From contig JBHGNT010000110.1 of NCBI GenBank assembly GCA_043228905.1, forward strand, positions 1 to 64,000: a stretch of 64,000 nucleotides of DNA, in the 5' to 3' direction. The DNA is from Azolla caroliniana (lineage: Eukaryota; Plantae; Polypodiophyta). The position numbers were made by a program, and so were the translations under genes. This document shows, piece by piece, positions 59,834 through 64,000 of this stretch (positions are counted from its first letter, which is position 1; each line of letters begins with the position of its first letter). Under the pieces are notes generated by a model. That model saw only the letters and a list, made by a program, of their open reading frames with translations, was not told where the DNA came from and did no database searches.

Positions 59834-62800
59834 TCATTCCTCGCCCGTCGGTTCTTCTTCATTTTCGGATCGTTCGTCATTGCCGACCAGGAGAGCCGGG
59901 TCTGGCTCGTCGTCGTGTCGCTTCTTGAACGCTTTGATCCGCTTCCCTGCAACCGGTATCGCCATTCTCGTGCCGTCAAGTTCCGCCAGGTGATATGTCC
60001 CGTTGTCATTGGCACTCCGTACCACGTAAGGCCCGAACCACCTTCGTGCGAACTTCCGTGTGGCTCGGTGCTGGTTGTCGAGGCTGCTGTCGTAGACGAG
60101 CACCCAGTCACCTTCTTCGATTTTCTTCGGTCGTAGCCGGTGCGTTCGGTCGAACCGGGCTTTGTTCTTTGTCCTCGCCACCCGGAGCTTCTCCGTAGCC
60201 AGTGCCACGTCCTCCGGCCTCCGCTCGAGCTGTCGTATACGTGCGACCAACAACTCCTCCCGGCTCATCTCGTCCCTCCAGTCGACCGCTGCCCACGAGG
60301 AGATCGTCCGTTCAACCGGCATGATCGGCTTCTGGCCGAACATGAGCTCCGTCGGCATGTACCCGGTTACCGAACTGTGCGTGGTCCGGTCTGCCCACAA
60401 AGCATAAGGTAGCAGCCGCGGCCAGTTACCGACTTGGCCTCCGCATGCCCGAATCAACGCCTTGACGATCGGTCCGTGTCCGCGCTCCACCTTTCCATTC
60501 GCCTCCGGATTGTACGCAGTGGTGAGCGAGAGCTTGACTCCAAGCCGGTCGAACAGCTCCGCGGCCTCTTCGGCGTCCAACTCCCCTCGGTCAGCCACGA
60601 TCTTCCCGACGCACCCGTACCGGCATATCACGTCCTCGACTAGGAACCGACACACGGCCGCGGTCGTCTTGTTCTGAAGGGCTCGGCCTTCCACCTGGTT
60701 CGTCAGGTCTTCCCGCGCTAGGACCAGATACCGCATCTGTCCTACCCCCATCGGCATCGTCACCAGATCTACCATCCATTTGAAGTGGATAGTCGGAGGG
60801 TACGTAGGGTGAAGCCCGTCCCGGTGTCGGACTATCGAGTGCATCTGACAACTCTCGCAAGTTGACACGAACCGATGCACGTCCCGGTACAATCCCGGCC
60901 ACCAGTACTTTCCCTTCAGCTTCTCAAACGTCGCCCACGTTCCACGGTGTCCAGCCCAAGGGCTGTCGTGGTAGGCCGCCAGTAGCTCCTCCTGCTCTTC
61001 CTTCATCGCCACCACTCGGAGCGGGACGCCGTCCCTCTTCTTCGGGTGCTTCCATAGATGCCCATCTCGGAGAAAGAATCGATATGCTTTCTTCCGGATC
61101 CGGTTGGCCTCGTCCTTCGTCCATGACGCATCGGGCGTCATCGTCTTCAAAAACCCGCCGATCTGCAGCCATTCCCCGTCGTACTTGCTCGCGTCGAACT
61201 CGTTAAGCGCCGGAGTGCTCATCCCGTCGGTCGTTATGTATGCCGCCTCGAAGAAATCCACGCCGACTTCTTCGTCTTCCGAAACCATGCCGCCCTCGTC
61301 GTCGTACCTCGCCCTCGAAAGCATGTCGGCCATGGCGTTGTCTTTCCCGGAAATGTGTCGTATTTCCGGGTCCAGGGACTTGATGTACGCTATCCACCTG
61401 AGCATCGCCAGGTCCGGAGTCGCGCATCCGGAAACCATACCGAGAATCGGCAGGCAATCCGTCTCGATGATCACTTCCGTCCCTATCAGGTAGTCTTTGT
61501 CGGCCTTAACCGCCGAAACAATACCCCAGAGTTCGCGTTTAACCTGGGCGTACCCTCGCTGCCGTTCACTGAGGACTTTCGCGCCGAATCGGATCGGAAA
61601 CCGATTGCCGTCCTCGTCTTCCTGGTTCACGACCCATCCGATCCCGGTCGGACTGGTATCCACCGTTATGAATACCGGGGTACCCTTCCCGTAAACCGCC
61701 TTCCGGAGTGCCGGTGCCGCTGCAAGGGCCTCTTTCAGCTTCCGGACCGATTCCGCGTGCTTGTCTAGCCATTCGAACCTTCGCCCCTTTTTCAGCAACC
61801 CGTACAGTGGCTCCGCGACGTGTGCGTAATGCGGGATCCATATGTGGTAGAACGCGCATGCCCCCAGGAATCTCCGTACTTCCGTGACCGAGCTGCAGTC
61901 GGGCTTCATCGCGGAGATGGCTTCTACCTTCGCCGGAGACGGTTTCCGGCCATATGGTCCGCACAGGTGTCCGACCACCATGATTTCTGACTGCCCGAAG
62001 GCCGACTTCTCCCCGGAGAAGGTGAGTCTCGCATCCTCTAGCCTTTGCAGCACCTTCTCGCAGTCGTCGACGTGCGTCGCCACGAATCGCCGGCATCCGT
62101 CCGGCCCGATCGTCTCGTCCTTTTCTTCCACCGGGCATCCCTTGATCGGGATGTCGTCCAGAAACGGCATGGTAATGTCCGGGACACAGTCCCTCAGAAC
62201 CTTGTTCATCGCATTCACCATGTGGGCCACCGAGTTGGTCCCTCCTTGCGGCAGTGTACACATCCGAACTAGGCCGAGGGGAGTTCGCATCGTCGTAAGG
62301 TCTCTGCTCTCCACGGCCAGCTGGAACTGGTCGTACCCTGAGTATAGATCCCCGACCGAGTAAATTGACCTTCCGGCGAAGGCCTCCGCGAACTCGTCTA
62401 TGGTCGGTCCGATTCCTGCGTTCCGAATGGTCACTCGATTGACCGGCTGCAGGTCCTGGATGAAGCGCAGCGAACCGTTTTTCTTCGGTACGGTAAACCA
62501 TCGATTCGAATATGGGGCGCTCGACGGCTCGAGAATTCCCATATCAACTTTCTGCCTCAGCAGCTCCATCAACTTCGGGATGTGAGCTCTCGGAACCGGG
62601 ATTGGCTTGAGATTCCATGGTACATGCGGTACCGTGAATATCACCATCGGCTCCACGATCGTCGGGTCAACGCACCCGATTTCCTCCGGCGAGAATGCGA
62701 AGGCTTTCCCGTGCCTTCCGAGCATTCTCCGAAACCGGTCTTCCTCCGCCGGCAGTAGGAACCCGCCCCCACCGATTTTGAGCTCTCGGAGCGTCTCGTC

Positions 62801-63331
62801 AGTGAAGGTGTGCCCTATGCAGGCCGGATCTCGTAGACTAGGGTCTGATGCAACCCCTTTGATTCTCGACGCGCTGTCCTCCGGTAAGGGTGCCGCTACT
62901 GGCCTTACCTTCCGGTCCACAGTCTTGTACTTGGTGTTTACGTGGGCCGTCCGAACTGACTCGAGCCCTCGACCGAAGTCCGCGATGACTTCGTACATCT
63001 CCTCGGAACACACCGGTATCGTCCGGTTGTCGTTAAGGCCTTCTTCGACTACCTTTCCCAGCATTCCCAAGGTGTCGTCGAATGAGACCGCCTCCACGGC
63101 TCCGTTGATTTCCTCGTCCGGGCCGAGAACTCCGCACGCTCGAAGTCTCGCCTCCGTCTTTGTTTTCTCTCGGCCGGCGATGCCGACCATCGCACACGCT
63201 CCGCTGTCGGAGAACAAAAATTCCCTACCTATGGTACAAGGTTTCTTCGGTTTTATCGTACAGGTGTGGGGTTTTCCCGGGGTGTCCGGACTGTCGCGGC
63301 CCCACGCCTTGGCAGCCCTCTCTAAAAATCC
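59834..63331 (-). CDS. Intact gypsy pol (RT, RNase H, integrase)
   Basis: ORF 59834-63217 (1127 aa) stays open upstream to the GGATTTT site at the gag stop. Motifs LPQGGTNS, PFLDD and GHRG...CESC. Confidence 0.92.
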   Translation of the reverse strand, partial: GFLERAAKAWGRDSPDTPGKPHTCTIKPKKPCTIGREFLFSDSGACAMVGIAGREKTKTEARLRACGVLGPDEEINGAVEAVSFDDTLGMLGKVVEEGLNDNRTIPVCSEEMYEVIADFGRGLESVRTAHVNTKYKTVDRKVRPVAAPLPEDSASRIKGVASDPSLRDPACIGHTFTDETLRELKIGGGGFLLPAEEDRFRRMLGRHGKAFAFSPEEIGCVDPTIVEPMVIFTVPHVPWNLKPIPVPRAHIPKLMELLRQKVDMGILEPSSAPYSNRWFTVPKKNGSLRFIQDLQPVNRVTIRNAGIGPTIDEFAEAFAGRSIYSVGDLYSGYDQFQLAVESRDLTTMRTPLGLVRMCTLPQGGTNSVAHMVNAMNKVLRDCVPDITMPFLDDIPIKGCPVEEKDETIGPDGCRRFVATHVDDCEKVLQRLEDARLTFSGEKSAFGQSEIMVVGHLCGPYGRKPSPAKVEAISAMKPDCSSVTEVRRFLGACAFYHIWIPHYAHVAEPLYGLLKKGRRFEWLDKHAESVRKLKEALAAAPALRKAVYGKGTPVFITVDTSPTGIGWVVNQEDEDGNRFPIRFGAKVLSERQRGYAQVKRELWGIVSAVKADKDYLIGTEVIIETDCLPILGMVSGCATPDLAMLRWIAYIKSLDPEIRHISGKDNAMADMLSRARYDDEGGMVSEDEEVGVDFFEAAYITTDGMSTPALNEFDASKYDGEWLQIGGFLKTMTPDASWTKDEANRIRKKAYRFFLRDGHLWKHPKKRDGVPLRVVAMKEEQEELLAAYHDSPWAGHRGTWATFEKLKGKYWWPGLYRDVHRFVSTCESCQMHSIVRHRDGLHPTYPPTIHFKWMVDLVTMPMGVGQMRYLVLAREDLTNQVEGRALQNKTTAAVCRFLVEDVICRYGCVGKIVADRGELDAEEAAELFDRLGVKLSLTTAYNPEANGKVERGHGPIVKALIRACGGQVGNWPRLLPYALWADRTTHSSVTGYMPTELMFGQKPIMPVERTISSWAAVDWRDEMSREELLVARIRQLERRPEDVALATEKLRVARTKNKARFDRTHRLRPKKIEEGDWVLVYDSSLDNQHRATRKFARRWFGPYVVRSANDNGTYHLAELDGTRMAIPVAGKRIKAFKKRHDDEPDPALLVGNDERSENEEEPTGEE

Positions 63332-64000
63332 TCTCGGTTATCGGAACCGAGGGAGTCGCGGTTACGCTCGTGGTTCGGCCTAACCGTCAAAAACTGGACC
63401 GAATGGCGGCCGTCCTGGCTCTTGACCCGCGCATAGGCCGAACCATTGTCCAGCACCTTGGTCTCCATTCGCGCCGCCGTGATGTACGGCTCTCCCAGTA
63501 TGACCGGATGCGAAGACGTCTCCTGCACGAAGAAGTGCTGGTCAATCTCGACGTCGCCGATCTTGACTCGCACATTCGGACAGGCCCCGTGCAGTTCCTC
63601 GGTGGCGCGCGTTGCTGCCCTTATTTTCCACCCGTGCTTGGTGTTGATCGGCCATTTGCCCTTCTTATAGAAGTCCATGGACATCAAATTGATCTCCGAT
63701 CCGTGGTCCACCAAAGCTATCACCGGTTCCTGGACATCGCCGATCTTCACCGGGGTTTCCGTGGTCGCTCGGGCCCAGTGCGGTCTCGAATAGTGGCTTT
63801 CCGCCCACTCGTCTCCCAGCGCCATGTCGTCTAGGTGCGTCGTCCGCACTTCCACCGGTCTTTCCGGTTCTGTCTCCGTTGACAGCCTCTTCCGTTTCAC
63901 CAAGTCCACGATGGAGTCGTGGAACTCCTTCTTGGCGATTCCAAGCACCTCCCGTAGCGACAGCTCCACCTTGCTGTCGAGGATCCGTTCCTCCAGGACC
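63322..64000 (-). CDS. gag-protease C-terminal part (5' end outside the window)
   Basis: ALVDHGSEINLM protease motif; homologous to 48200-48882. Confidence 0.88.
   Translation of the reverse strand, partial: VLEERILDSKVELSLREVLGIAKKEFHDSIVDLVKRKRLSTETEPERPVEVRTTHLDDMALGDEWAESHYSRPHWARATTETPVKIGDVQEPVIALVDHGSEINLMSMDFYKKGKWPINTKHGWKIRAATRATEELHGACPNVRVKIGDVEIDQHFFVQETSSHPVILGEPYITAARMETKVLDNGSAYARVKSQDGRHSVQFLTVRPNHERNRDSLGSDNREDF

Larger units (their letters stand above)
58963..64000 (-). mobile_element. Gypsy element, 3' LTR 58963-59762, running off the window end
   Basis: LTR TGTCGTGAAG...CGACA, PPT, intact pol and protease ORFs. Confidence 0.92.

Noticed and set aside
61566-62501. 311-aa overlapping ORF, and antisense ORFs such as 62607-63383
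   Set aside because: Alternative frames of GC-rich pol; not kept open at full length in the sister copy at 56506-58962.

Overview
Eukaryotic repeat DNA with no host gene: a deeply nested stack of Ty1/copia and Ty3/gypsy LTR retrotransposons, mostly decayed. GT-AG introns, tRNA-Met and tRNA-Trp primer sites and the retroelement types suggest a plant, probably non-seed such as a bryophyte (inference). The standout is a 9,124-bp cut-and-paste DNA transposon at 31632-40755 with 36-bp TIRs and an AATT TSD. It encodes an intact DDD-type (Sola1-like) transposase on + and, divergently on -, a six-exon gene of about 974 aa. That gene fuses a ParB/Srx-like domain to a bacterial-type beta-class N4C/N6A DNA methyltransferase, and its first intron holds eight phased 25-bp palindromes. 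A second, diverged and internally deleted relative lies at 5109-9036 (37-bp TIRs, TTGG TSD). It keeps the 3' ends of both genes and about 2 kb of palindromes with the same RAAYYCGAT-N7-ATCGRRTTY core. Together they suggest a transposon-borne ParB / parS-like array / amino-methyltransferase module; the function is a hypothesis. Also noted: the tRNA-Trp-primed gypsy family sits at CpG-centred 4-mers at all six visible junctions and has a conserved GGATTTT -1 frameshift site, and one deleted copia carries an inverted duplication. All alignments and translations were done by eye; no database searches were run.
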